Shown here: positions 52,560 to 64,000 of the stretch, piece after piece
Position numbering within the stretch: the first letter of the stretch is position 1
How the letters are laid out: every line of letters starts with the position of its first letter
NCBI RefSeq assembly: GCF_001194135.2
Contig: NC_068990.1
Coordinates: 5,950,157 to 6,014,156, forward strand
Length of the DNA stretch: 64,000 nucleotides
Source: Octopus bimaculoides
Taxonomy: Eukaryota
Reading direction: 5' to 3'
Notes under the pieces: generated by a model
What the model saw: the letters and a program-made list of their open reading frames with translations, nothing else
Database searches by the model: none
What the model was told of the DNA's origin: nothing
Made by a program: the position numbers and the translations under genes

Positions 52560-52740
52560 ATATATATATATATATATACGACGGGCTTCTTTATGTTTCC
52601 GTCTACCAAATCCCATTCACAAGGCTTTGGTCAATCTGAGACTATAGTAGAAGACACTTGCCCAAGGTGCGACGCAATGAGACTGAACCTGGAACCAAGT
52701 GGTTAAGAAGCAAGCTTCTTACCACAATGCCCCGCCTGCA
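52560..52740 (-). mobile_element. SINE family B 5' half (rest in gap)
   Basis: cgacgggcttctttatgtttccgtctacc...gacacttgcccaaggtgc. Confidence 0.85.
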
Positions 52741-52978
52741 CCTGGTTTTTATTCCTTGAACGGGCGATACGCGTTATCCTTGAGCGTGGCACATTGCTTC
52801 GCATGACTAGAGTTTACTGGCTGGAGATTAGTATCACCTGATGGCTATTGCAAATCTCTCTCCCTCCATCCATCGCATCCTGGATGTTCCGCTGGATCAA
52901 AGGATAGGAGAGTTGAGAATGTGTCTGTCTTCTCACAACTACAAAGACATCTAAAACAATTAACGAAAGCATGATATA

Positions 52979-53105
52979 CAGGGTGTCCACAAGGTCTGGG
53001 TACATGGACTAAATAAAATCATAACATAAACAATTAAATATAAGAAATTATAATTTTTTTAAGTATGTGTTAATCCCCATGTACCCAGACTTTGTGGACA
53101 CCCTG
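52979..53105. mobile_element. 127-bp Tc1/mariner-type MITE
   Basis: 29-bp TIRs CAGGGTGTCCACAA(G/A)GTCTGGGTACATGG with one mismatch; TA TSD at 52977-52978 and 53106-53107. Confidence 0.9.
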
Positions 53106-53189
53106 TATGTTACTGAGTCATACTCGTGCGCGGGTGACGGCTGGCTCTCTTTCAGACATATAGGTAAGAGAAGTAAAAGGATTTTATTG

Positions 53190-53685
53190 ATACCAGAACA
53201 TGACCGGTATCTTTTCATTGTCCCCAGTAAAATTTGAACTCAGAACGTAAAAATCATTATTATGATGACGGTGAGCTGACCGAATCGTTAGCACGCCGTG
53301 CATTTCCTCTCTTTATGTTCTGAGTTCAAATACCACCGGGGTTGATTTTGCCTATCATCTTTTCGGGGTCGATAAAATAAGTACCAGTTGAGCACAGGGG
53401 TCAATGTAATCGACTTAACTCCTGCCCCGAAACTGCTGACCTTGTGCCAAAATTTGAAACCATACATAGATTATCAAAATAAAGAATTTTGAAAATAGAT
53501 GGTAGACTGGCTGGACTGTGTGGGCGTCTGACAAAAATGTCTTGCGGCATTTAATAACGATCTTTTTACATTTTGAGTTTATATTCTGCCGAGGTCATCT
53601 TTGCGCTTTGATAAAACAAGCTGCCAGTCAGATATGGTCATCGATATAACTGACTGCAACTCCTTCTAAAATTTGGGTCCTAGTG
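53190..53685. mobile_element. SINE-A cluster (one minus fragment, two plus copies)
   Basis: Family A core motifs. Confidence 0.75.
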
Positions 53686-53849
53686 TCAGTATATGAAAAC
53701 AAGAGAAAACATCTTGTACAGTTNNNNNNNNNNNNNNNNNNNNNNNNNNNNNNNNNNNNNNNNNNNNNNNNNNNNNNNNNNNNNNNNNNNNNNNNNNNNN
53801 NNNNNNNNNNNNNNNNNNNNNNNNNNNNNNNNNNNNNNNNNNNNNNNNN

Positions 53850-54163
53850 GTGAAATTAACGTGCAAGTGGCTGAGCACTCCACAGACACGCGTACCCTTA
53901 ACGTAGTTCTCGGGGAGACTCAGCGTGACACAGTGTGACAAGGCTGACCCTTTGAATTACAGGTACAACAGAAACAGGAAGTAAGAGTGAGAGAAAGTTG
54001 TGGGGAAAGAGTACAGCAGGGTTCGCCAGCATCCCCTGCCGGAGCCTCATGGAGCTTTATGTGTTTTCGCTCAATAAACACTCACAACGCCCGGTCTGGG
54101 AATCGAAACCGCGATCCTATGACCGCGAATCCGCTGCCCTAACCACTGGGCCATTGCGCCTCC
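53850..54163 (-). mobile_element. SINE family C (3' end in gap)
   Basis: Reverse complement of family C. Confidence 0.9.
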
Positions 54164-54231
54164 ACAGTTGTTATATACAATTGTTATATACTCTCTCTCC
54201 GTTCTTTCTCTTCCTCTCTCTTTCTCTCTCC

Positions 54232-54264
<33 letters not shown>

Positions 54265-54744
54265 GCGCACTCTTTTCCTCTTCTGTAGCTTGTGATTTAA
54301 GGTCAAACTTTCCTCACTGCGAGCATAATCATATTTACAGAGCTTAAATCTGTTGATTCATAAAGTACACAGCAGGATACGAAGAAAATTGCTTCAGTCT
54401 GCTCCGGCAATTAGTGAGTATAAACAATTTAAAAGGGAAATAATTAAGTTTACCATCACGAAAAATGAATGTCTTAAAGTAAACCAATTTATTCCTGTTT
54501 TGTTTTACCAATTCATAGACTGCAGATATTTATTATGTTCTTTTTACACGCAAACGTTAGGTCATTGACTCTATTTACACATATCTGCTTAACGTACCCA
54601 ATGCTAACTTGATGAGTATATGTCTCGGCTATGATAAATTTAAATAAGGTGATTCTGACAATAACCATAGCTACGAGTTTTCTATTTATGATTATGTTCA
54701 CCATGCAACTTCTCTCAAGACAGCATTCATTACCAGAGTGAGAA

Positions 54745-55088
54745 GAAGGGAAGACTCCCTTCGCTCATGAATTACCATGGGCTTGCACTTATAAAGTTAC
54801 CTTCCGAGGCACAAGTCTGGGCAAGGTTGTTTATGGAAGACCAGCAGTCGCTCATGCATACCAGCCTTCCCACTCCATGCTACCGATGTTATCCAAAGGA
54901 AAGGCAAAAGCTGATGTAGTTTAGCACCAGTGACATCGCAACTCATTTCTACAGCTGAGTGAACTGGAGCAACGTGAAATAAAGTGTCTTGCTCAAGAAC
55001 AAAATGCGCAACCCAGTCCGGGAATCGAAGTTACTACCTCTTCATTGTGAGCCCGACACTCTAACCACTGAGCCACTGTGCATTACCA
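54745..55088 (-). mobile_element. SINE family D
   Basis: Reverse complement of 33565-33897. Confidence 0.85.
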
Positions 55089-55199
55089 CAGTACTTCACA
55101 TTCATTTGAATCCGTCTGAAACTTACTCCTTACTTGTATTTGCCAGCCCTCGGTGGGCTATGTGATGGCTAGCCGTTTCTGATATAAGTACCAGACTAG

Positions 55200-56430
55200 A
55201 AATTTATGGGGAGAGGATGAGTCGATTAAATCAACCTCAGTACTTCACTGGTTGAAAGACAGAGATGGCTTCAGTGGGCTTCAAACTTGGATTATCAGGC
55301 ACTAGAACAAATACTGCATGTCATTTTTCCGGAGCTCTAAAGATTCAGCCAATTCACCGACCTTATGCAGACTCAGGAATAGCAATTTTGAGACGATAAC
55401 ATTTAACAGATGTCATCGACCTTGTTACTTGACTGGTACTTTATTTTATCGACCCCGAAAGATAAAATGTAAAGTTAATCCCGTTAGTGGCATTTGAACA
55501 CGAACTGTAAATAGCCGACGTCATAACGATTCTGCCTTTTCTCTGCCCTTTCATCAAATATTATAACACAGTTGCATTAACCTTATCCGACAACATTAAT
55601 CTTCCAATAGGGTATGGTGTAAAATATTTCGGACATTAACCTTCCGTATCAGACTAAATTTAAATTGCGAATTGCAAGCAATGAGAATTTAATGAGGACA
55701 TCGGTATTATTCAATCTACTAAAAAGAAATAGCAATCAAATCTCTCTCAAATTCCAACTCACTGTCTTCCAAAAAGGTGATAGTATAGAGCGGGATTTTT
55801 AGTACAGAAAAAAAAAGCGACTGGCTGACCACAGCTGACCTGGAGTTAAACAATGACAACAACATATTCTGATGTTCATTCATACGTTTTGTAATAGTTT
55901 AGTCACATTTATGATGAATATTTATTGTCAATACTTAATAATTTTCATGACATTTTTTAAAATAATTTTTTATCATTTTTGACGCTAAACCAGCAATCTT
56001 CAGGGGAAGGACAAGTCGATTGCATCGTCCCTAGTACTTCACTTTTATCAGATAAAAAGGTGAAAGGCAATGTTGGCCTCGGTGGGATTTGAAATCAGAA
56101 CGTAAAGAGCCGGACTACTCGTAAATGCCGCTAACCATTTTATCCGGTGCGTTAATGATATTGCCATCACACCGTCTTACATATTTTTCTGACTAACAGT
56201 TTTACATCGATCCAAGATCACAAGGATGAAAGGCAAAGTCGACTTCGGCTGAATTTGAACTCAGAACGTAAAGACGGATGAAATGTCGCTAAATATTTTG
56301 TCCGGCGTGCTCACGGTTCTGCCAACTCACCACCTTCCTATTTTTTAATAATCCTTTCAACTGAAGGCATAAGACCTGAAATTTGTGGAGAGGGGTCTAG
56401 ATTATATCGGCTCCAGTGCTGGTCCTTATT
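55200..56430 (-). mobile_element. Cluster of about five degenerate SINE-A copies
   Basis: Repeated ttgaactcagaacg / gacttcggc / gtcgat motifs. Confidence 0.7.
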
Positions 56431-56488
56431 TTATTGAATATTAACACTCAGCCCCTTCCACTATAACCAGCACAAGATCCAATCCCTG

Positions 56489-56835
56489 CTGCGATGTGGT
56501 AGTGACTTGCGTGCTTCAATGACCCTAGGAGCTATGCTGGGAAGATCAAAGGTTCGGAGCCAGACTAACATGAGTCACATCTAGCGAGAGATAAAATTGT
56601 TTTGCGTGAGACAAGCACTGCTTTTTAGAATAAAAGCAAAGCCACCGAAGCTTTGACAACAATACAAACACCAACAAGATGTGGGAAAGAAAAGCCTTCC
56701 ATCAGAGAAGGCGGGATACCAAAAAAGCAGGGATCCCAATGGAAAGAAGCAGAAACTAGAACCCAGAATCGAGAAAAGCGGAGAAAAGTTGCCAATGGCC
56801 TATATTCCATAGGGAGCAAAGGATTGAAGAAGGAG
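56489..56835 (+). mobile_element. RTE-clade LINE remnant (3' end, possibly joined to a 5' UTR piece)
   Basis: WKEAETRTQNREKRRKVANGLYSIGSKG resembles the RTE C-terminus (W..LE..AQ.R..WR....GLCS). Confidence 0.6.
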
Positions 56836-57660
56836 ACTTACACTATAATTGAATGAGTAGGTAGCTCACTTATTCGACCAACTACAAAACTCCTCTTCGA
56901 AACCGGCGCAGATCCATATATTTTTTGCTTTACCAAACTTATAAGTCGAAACTCTTTTCGGTGTTGAAACGTTATGATTAAACTTTACGGGTATTTAAAA
57001 TTGCTCTGATGTGAACAACTGCATAACTATGTCTTCGTTCTTCCATCTACACTTTAGATTTAGTAGGCAATGAATTCAGACGATGTCTTGGAATTACTGT
57101 GTCTAAAACAGCATTCGGTTTGATAAACGGAAAATAAATTTGCCGCGAATATTGGATTGCTCAGTAAGAAACTAGATAAATTGACAAATAGACAAGCTGT
57201 AACCAGTTAATGGGAGCTTTTTTTATGGTGAATTCGCTCTTACACAAAGACAAAGAGTATTCAATAATCTTAGTGCAATAATTTCAGATGCTAGTGAATG
57301 AAGGAGGCCATGAGATAAACTATTAAAACAGCTTAACAGAAGTCCACGATTATTTTCCCTATAAACTATGCTTTAATGGTTGGAAATGTTAAAATCGTGT
57401 ATTAGAAATAAATATGCTGAGTTCAATCCCAGACTAGGGCTGTGTGTACAGAATGTTGGGGCTAAATTTGACAGTTAGCTTAAAAGGAAAAGAAACCATA
57501 ATATTCCATTCAAAAATAAAAGTATTTTACAAAATCAAAAATATCAACTAGATTATGGCTTGAATTTAACAGAAAATATGAAAAACCTCTAATAAAAAAA
57601 GTAAAACACGAACATAGTCGTGTTTTTAATGAAACGTGTATAAAGGAAAAGCTGACCCTC

Positions 57661-57774
<114 letters not shown>

Positions 57775-60704
57775 TGAATTTAACAGTTTATAGCTCTCAG
57801 TTTATATCACACCCTCGAGACAGCTCTCAAACCTGGCGCATGCTTCTTCATTGTGTCTGTGGGAAGAACTTCCAACACCTCCAATTTTGGTCACCAGTTC
57901 GGCCTTGCTGTTAGAAGTAGAGCGGTTGGTGTCTTTTTCAACCACACCTCACACATTAAATTATATCCATATATTACATATATTTCTTGGCATTGAAAAT
58001 AGATCTCAGGGTTAAAGGGAAATCTCTATGAATCGTATCTTCTTATCTTAAAGAACACACAGGGATTCGGAGCCCCTTAAAAACTAGTTTTAATGAAAAA
58101 CTGGATGGTTTAGCCTCCAATATCACCGTTGTTCTGAAGCTAAGCAATAACAAACACGTATTTGACTGGTCTCGAGTTCTCTATCTCATCTTATCAGTTG
58201 TAGCACTCTGCTATTGCTATCATAGAGACATTCATACTTTAATCGTTCCAAGAATTTCATACAACAGTGGTGGTGGCAATCGATCGAGAAAACGTTTTCG
58301 TTTTTATTTTTTTTCTTCCTTTAGTTACGGGGCAGGATTTGAGCGTACAATGCACGGAACTGTAACAGATACCGCATAACATCCCATCCGATCCCTTAAT
58401 AACTCTACCAGTTCAACGCTCTGGGGGTGGTATTTCTTAATCGACCCTTAAATGATAAAAAGCAAAGTTGACTTCAGTGTAAGTTGAACTCGGGGTGCAT
58501 GGAGTCAAAAAAATACTATGCCATATTCTATCCAATATTCTAAGTTCTCTACTGCTACTTCTCTGCTTATAACAATAGTATGTCCAAATATATGACCGGA
58601 GAACCGCTATATTTTGCTATGCAGTTTACGATTCAAACATGCTGGGCTATCATGATAAATGATATGATAATAATCATGTTCCAATGCAAATTTGGACAGA
58701 TTGTTTTAAACTAAGAACTTCCGGATTCAAAACGCTATAATATCATAATTATTAATCTATTCTTTACGCGTGGTTTTATTTTCCTAACAATAAAAACAAA
58801 GAGCGTGTTTTCTTTTCCATTTACATCCATTATTCATCATGCTGAAATAATTATTTTTACAACCAGATTCTCTGTCTATCGCTAACCACTCATACTTTGA
58901 ACTAAAAATGGAACAGGTTTTTGTCAGGTCAGACAAACTGAAATAAAAAGAATTATGATTAAATGATGGTCCTGTTTTTTTTGTTTTTTTTTTGTTTCTT
59001 TCCAGTATTTGACCATAATTTTGTTTATCTTTGTTTTTCCCAACCTGTCAAAATCCAGTTCTTTTGTTCTTTCATTTGAATGTTGTGATAAACAGGATAT
59101 CTGAATGTAGAATAAAACAAAAAAATACTTGGTTACATTAATATATAAAAGAAAATAAAAAATATAAGTTCAATAGTTCAAATATCGAGGAATGAAACAG
59201 TCGGTCACACCAACCACACAAAAAAGGATGAAAAGCAAAACTGACCTCGTTGGAATTCGAACTCAAAATATATAGGGCCTCAAGTAAATACTACAGAGAG
59301 TTTTATGTGTTGCTCTATCCATTCTGTCAATGGTTACTGTTTGACATAAACATAATTATTCCTTCTCTTACCCGGAGGTACATTACACAGAATCTTAGAC
59401 AAGGTGTGAATTGAAAGTACAGAGCGAAAACTGCAGCACCACAAATCCATAGTCACTATACTATAAATAAGCTGAATTACTGTTAGTCAACTACTTTTTA
59501 GACGACAATGCTATAAAGTCTTTCTCTCCAACAAATATAAGTATTTAGTTAATTAGATAAACTTATAAGTATAATCAGTTATAAGTTGAAAACTCTAAGA
59601 CACGTTGATTGCTTTCACCAAAGATTCTACTAATTAAATATAAATATTATCTAAAAATGTTGTTCATGACTGTAAAGTTTACTTGTGAGACATCATTTTA
59701 CCCGAATGACCATGGTTACTCATATATGAATTCTTATATTAACTGAGACTGTAATATAAATGGATTTCAACAACGTTATTAAATCAAGTATGAACATTTT
59801 GCAAATTACCTTCAATATAAATATTTCTATGAATACATCAAGATGGTGTTTTGTCGTATAAAGTATTTGAGATGCTAGAAACAAGGAAACAGTTTCAGTT
59901 GAGTGACCAAAACCGTGTTGATTTTGTTGGGTGCCCTTCGTTACTGATACAAATGCTGATGCTGATGTTCCTTCTCAGTTTCGACATATTCTTCAAACAC
60001 TCTCTGTTGCCACCTTAATATGAGAGTCATGATGAATAGAAAGCAAACTAAATGGAAGGGGTATGAGAAATTGCAGATACCGTACATCGACTTTAGCTTT
60101 GGGGAACTGGAAGAGTTTTAGTCCTATCATTTTTAGTTTCTATTGAAATAACTGGTTTACTGCAAGGATTTGTCTGCTGAAGGTTTTGAATTTGAGAATC
60201 GCATACTTGTTAAACATGCATGAACAATAATGTCCCTACCGTCGCCACAATCTATATCGAAATGCTGTTACCTACCTACCTAGTTACCATGAATTGTTGA
60301 TGTTACTAAAACTACTTTTTCTCTTTCGTTGCTCTTGCTGCTACAACTGATGAGGAGGAGGAGGAGGAGGAGGAGGAGAAGTTGGAGGAGGTGGAGGAGG
60401 CTGTTTAATAGCGTAACTGTTGTCGAGTTACTACAACCTTTTCATAATACGGAGGAGGATGTTAAATCTCTTGGAAGTAATCGCGTATCTTTACTTACAG
60501 ATATTTTCTCCGAGCGGAAAACCACAGATGGTTGAGTAAACATTATCTATCTTTCTTGATTATGTTTCAGCTTAACTGAAATTAGCCTATCCTTTGTTAA
60601 CCCTCAGCTATGATGATGATCTTTAGCTACAATACTGTCAAATTAAATGTATACATGTAAACATCTAACCTTCATTAGAGGAAAAGAAATGTTAAAAGTT
60701 TCAC

Positions 60705-60936
60705 TAGTGATTCCCAAATGTTTCCGGCTGCTGTCCTTTGGCTCAAAATTGTATTTCCAGAGTTCTCACTGGGGTGGGTATGTTACATAATGTTATGGAA
60801 TATAACACCAGGTATCGCTCAGGGGCACTATAAATCAAATTATTAGAAAGGTATTGGGATTGTGTTAACTTAACGGAATGCTTGTCGTCTTATGCAACCC
60901 CAATACCCTCTCAAAGCAAATATTTGAGAACCACTA
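60705..60936. mobile_element. hAT (Charlie-like) MITE
   Basis: TIRs TAGTGATTCCCAAAT / ATTTGAGAACCACTA; decayed TSD GTTTCAC vs GTTTAGAC. Confidence 0.6.
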
Positions 60937-61409
60937 GTTTAGACATAAACATTAAATCTGGGGATAATTCTACTAATCTAAAGACAATCTGTATTATTTA
61001 CGATCAGGTAACTTATACAGCGGCCTAGCTGATCAAGAAGCTAAAACTACCGTGAAAACCAGTGTATAAACATATGACCTTCGCACTCTTTAAGGAACGA
61101 CGGTCAACGTTCGAGTATGTTGGCTTGGGCACAAAAACACCATCGTGAAAAATAATATCTTAAAATTAAATTAAAAATTTTTTAATGGTACAACAATCAG
61201 CATCGCAAACAGATAGGACGACAAACTGTAACGAGTTCCTCTGCCTCACTTTAAGTTCTAAAATGCTAAAGATTGATTTATTAGCTTGTTGGATTACAGT
61301 TTTCACTCTCCATATGTGAGGAGGTATACAGCAGACCTACGTAGTTCAACACTAAGAGAAATAATTTCTGTCTTCATCGCTGAATCGTTACAGAGTAGGA
61401 TAAAATGTT

Positions 61410-61560
61410 TGCTGTGTTTATGTTTAATTACAGACATTTACATTTTAAGTTCAAATACTGCCGAACATTACTTGACCTTTCACTATTCCAGGATCGATAA
61501 CGTATGATAGCACGAGAACGATTCAAAATTCCTATAAGCATCTTAAGTGTATATGAAATT
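61410..61560 (+). mobile_element. Degenerate SINE-A
   Basis: acattttaagttcaaatactgccgaac...ttgacctttcactattccaggatcgataa. Confidence 0.6.
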
Positions 61561-62049
61561 ATAATAGAATAAGGATATTTCCTTTGATAGCTTGACTGAA
61601 CAAGTCTATCAAATTCTTTTATCATTAAAGGTAATTTACTAAAACAAAATGTTAAATTTATATTGTTTATACATTATATCATATTGTTTACGCAGATCTT
61701 GTTTATGCGCTCTTCGGATCAGTTTTTTTTATGGACGAATGTTAAAACGTCTAAATGTGAAGACTACAGAATTCCAGAATTCTATTATTTTCTTGATCAA
61801 AATTTAATCAGTTTTTTCTTTTTTGTTTCGAGTTATTTCGTTATGTCAATTTTGATAATATAAGTAACCAGCGAAGGAGTATTTAATCAGAATAACTATA
61901 GATCTTTCAAAATTGCCAAGTTTCACTATCACAGAGAAATTAAATAAAAATCTGGACTATTATATGTAAATTCCCGGCCATGATTTACATTGTAATTGAG
62001 CTATTAAGATTCATACAATTTTTAACGATTATATATTTAAGAATCTATT

Positions 62050-62800
62050 GTTTTGATTAGTGTTGGTCCGTCAAAATTGATAACTTTTTCTTCAACATCG
62101 CAGTTATATTAGAATGATCTACTTTTATAAAGTGATATCTGTCAGAAATGATTATTTAGATATCTGTAGACCTTTCATATTTCATCATTTATAATTTTCT
62201 TGACTGAGATATGTCAAGAGCTTTTATTTTTGATAACCATTAACGTGTTAGGAATTGCTGATTTATCATGATCGCATTTGTATGCAGGATTTTGGAGCAT
62301 CAGAAGTCCAGTCAGAATTGTTAATCAATATAACATGAAGCTGCCAGACTTTGCAAATTTTCTCATTGCGGATATGTCAAAATGTTCGGCTTCAAAGACC
62401 ACGTATTCATCTTAGCTTCACAATTTTCATGATCACTGATATTTCAGAAATTTAAAACTTACAGACAATCAGACATGCCAGAGTTGATCATTTAGATGAC
62501 CTCATGTGTATTAGAATATATAATTTTCATGATTGCCAATATGTCACCATTTTCAATGCTGATAACTGATGATATTTTAGGCATGAATTCGTTTTTGTAT
62601 GAGATCGTTGGATGTGTCAGAATGTTTTATAGTCAAACAGACAGAATAGACATGATTGATGGTTCAGATAACTCTGAACTTGTGAGAATTCTTTTAGCGA
62701 TTAAAAATATGTCAGAATTTTGAATTCTATTCACCGCTGATCAATCAGAAATGATAATTTTCATGATTAACAATCTGTGTAAATGTTCTCAGGGTGAGTA
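62050..62800. repeat. Decayed minisatellite, ~27-bp motif TTCATGATTGCTGATATGTCAGAATTT
   Basis: Variants near 62134, 62370, 62422, 62521, 62611, 62703 and 62757. Confidence 0.5.
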
Positions 62801-63359
62801 CCAGTATTCATAAAGTACCTGTAAAAATGTCCACTGTTATGATTGCATTGATGGATGAATCAGATAGCGAAGTAATGTTGTTAATCGTTTAACATTCATC
62901 TCTGTCCATAGCTAACGTGGTGGTAGTTATTTAGATACAGATATTTCAACGATTTAATGTGTGCATTTAGAAATTGGAGGATGTTTCATAATCATAATGC
63001 ACTTAACTGAAATCAGTCAAACTTGTACACTATCGAGAGAAAGAAGTGTTTCTCTCTACAATTAACCATCTTGATGATAGAGTTTAACTAAGATTTCCTG
63101 TCACAATTTATGATATCAAGGATATCCAGGCGTTATAGTTGTCTCGCATTCTTTAAGTGTGGTTCTATCTCAAAGCGATAGCAGGTAAAACGGAACAATC
63201 GCAGGAAGGTAGTGATGGTGTTCGTAATCAAAGTTAGAAATTTGCTTAGTGAAAATATTTATCTTCGAGAAGCGTTTGTATATATTTACTATGCTTTTGT
63301 AACATCAATATTTACATTTTCGATCAACGCTTAACCGATTCTCCTCGCATATACACGTA

Positions 63360-63790
63360 AGAAGGGTGATGATAGCCATAATGATGACGACAACAACACT
63401 GATGACGAAAACGACGTTCACGATGACATTGATGATGGTGACAACTATGATGACAACGTCGACATGACTGTTGCTGATGATGAGGAGGAAGAAGGGGGGA
63501 AAGAAGGGGAATGAAGGGGAGGGAAAGAGGAGGAAGAGCTGGTAGAGGAGGAGGTGGAGTAAGAAGCGGAGAAAGAGGGGAGGGGACGAGGAGGCGAAGG
63601 AGGAGGAAGAGGAGGAGGAAGGAGTAGGGAGGAGGAAGGAGATGGGGAGGGGAAAGAGGAAGGAGATAGGGAAGGGGAGGAAGAGGAGGAGGAGGAGTAA
63701 GATGAGGAGGAGGAGTAAGATGAGGAGGAGGGAGGGGAAGAGGAGTGATGATGATGATGATGAAGAGGAGGAGGAGGAGGGGATACGGAG
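63360..63790. repeat. (GAT)/(GAG)-rich low-complexity tract
   Basis: Direct reading. Confidence 0.9.
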
Positions 63791-64000
63791 AGGGGGATTT
63801 ATAACGTTAGCAGATTTTCAATGAGATCCTGTAATTGATTTAATCAATACCAATACTCAGCATTTACCTTGTTGACTTCGTTACAGAATCAGTGAAAAAT
63901 AAAAATAATAAATAATTGCCCTGCCTTGTTCAGTTTCGCTCGTTTTACGTCCTGCGTTCAAAGCTCATCAGATTCAACATTTCCTTCCATCCTTCAAGAA

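Noticed and set aside
53156-53163. 8-nt plus-strand micro-exon candidate (ctctctttcag|ACATATAG|gtaaga)
   Set aside because: Isolated, with no supported partner exons; such pairs are expected by chance
57585-57645. 9-bp hairpin followed by GAAACGUGUA
   Set aside because: Upstream core is CUAAUAA and helix I does not form
63925-63975. CUGAUGA...GAAAC near the window end (minus strand)
   Set aside because: No NUH site or helix III; sequence looks like a decayed SINE-A head

Overview
AT-rich, repeat-dense eukaryotic DNA with about ten N-gaps next to microsatellites. The repeat families look like coleoid cephalopod, probably Octopus (recognised from memory, not by search). Most ORF-track entries are microsatellite or gap artefacts. 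Transposon content: four tRNA-headed SINE families (my labels A-D), fragments of CR1/L2-like, RTE-X, RTE, Tx1/L1, R4/Dong and Penelope-like retroelements, a mariner remnant, Tc1/mariner and hAT MITEs, and a Helentron-like element. A TATA+Inr+CCAAT promoter faces the minus strand at ~25.8 kb. Downstream is a phase-compatible chain of small exons (65/35/49/49 nt coding) for an unidentified, probably secreted Cys-containing protein. Main discoveries: (1) five minimal type-I hammerhead ribozyme motifs from four unrelated repeats, all with palindromic helix III, including a tandem pair 518 nt apart whose helix III differs by a compensatory double change; (2) two 5'-truncated R4/Dong LINE copies flanked on both sides by (CATA)n, suggesting a microsatellite target. 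All structures were folded by eye and exon models are unverified predictions.
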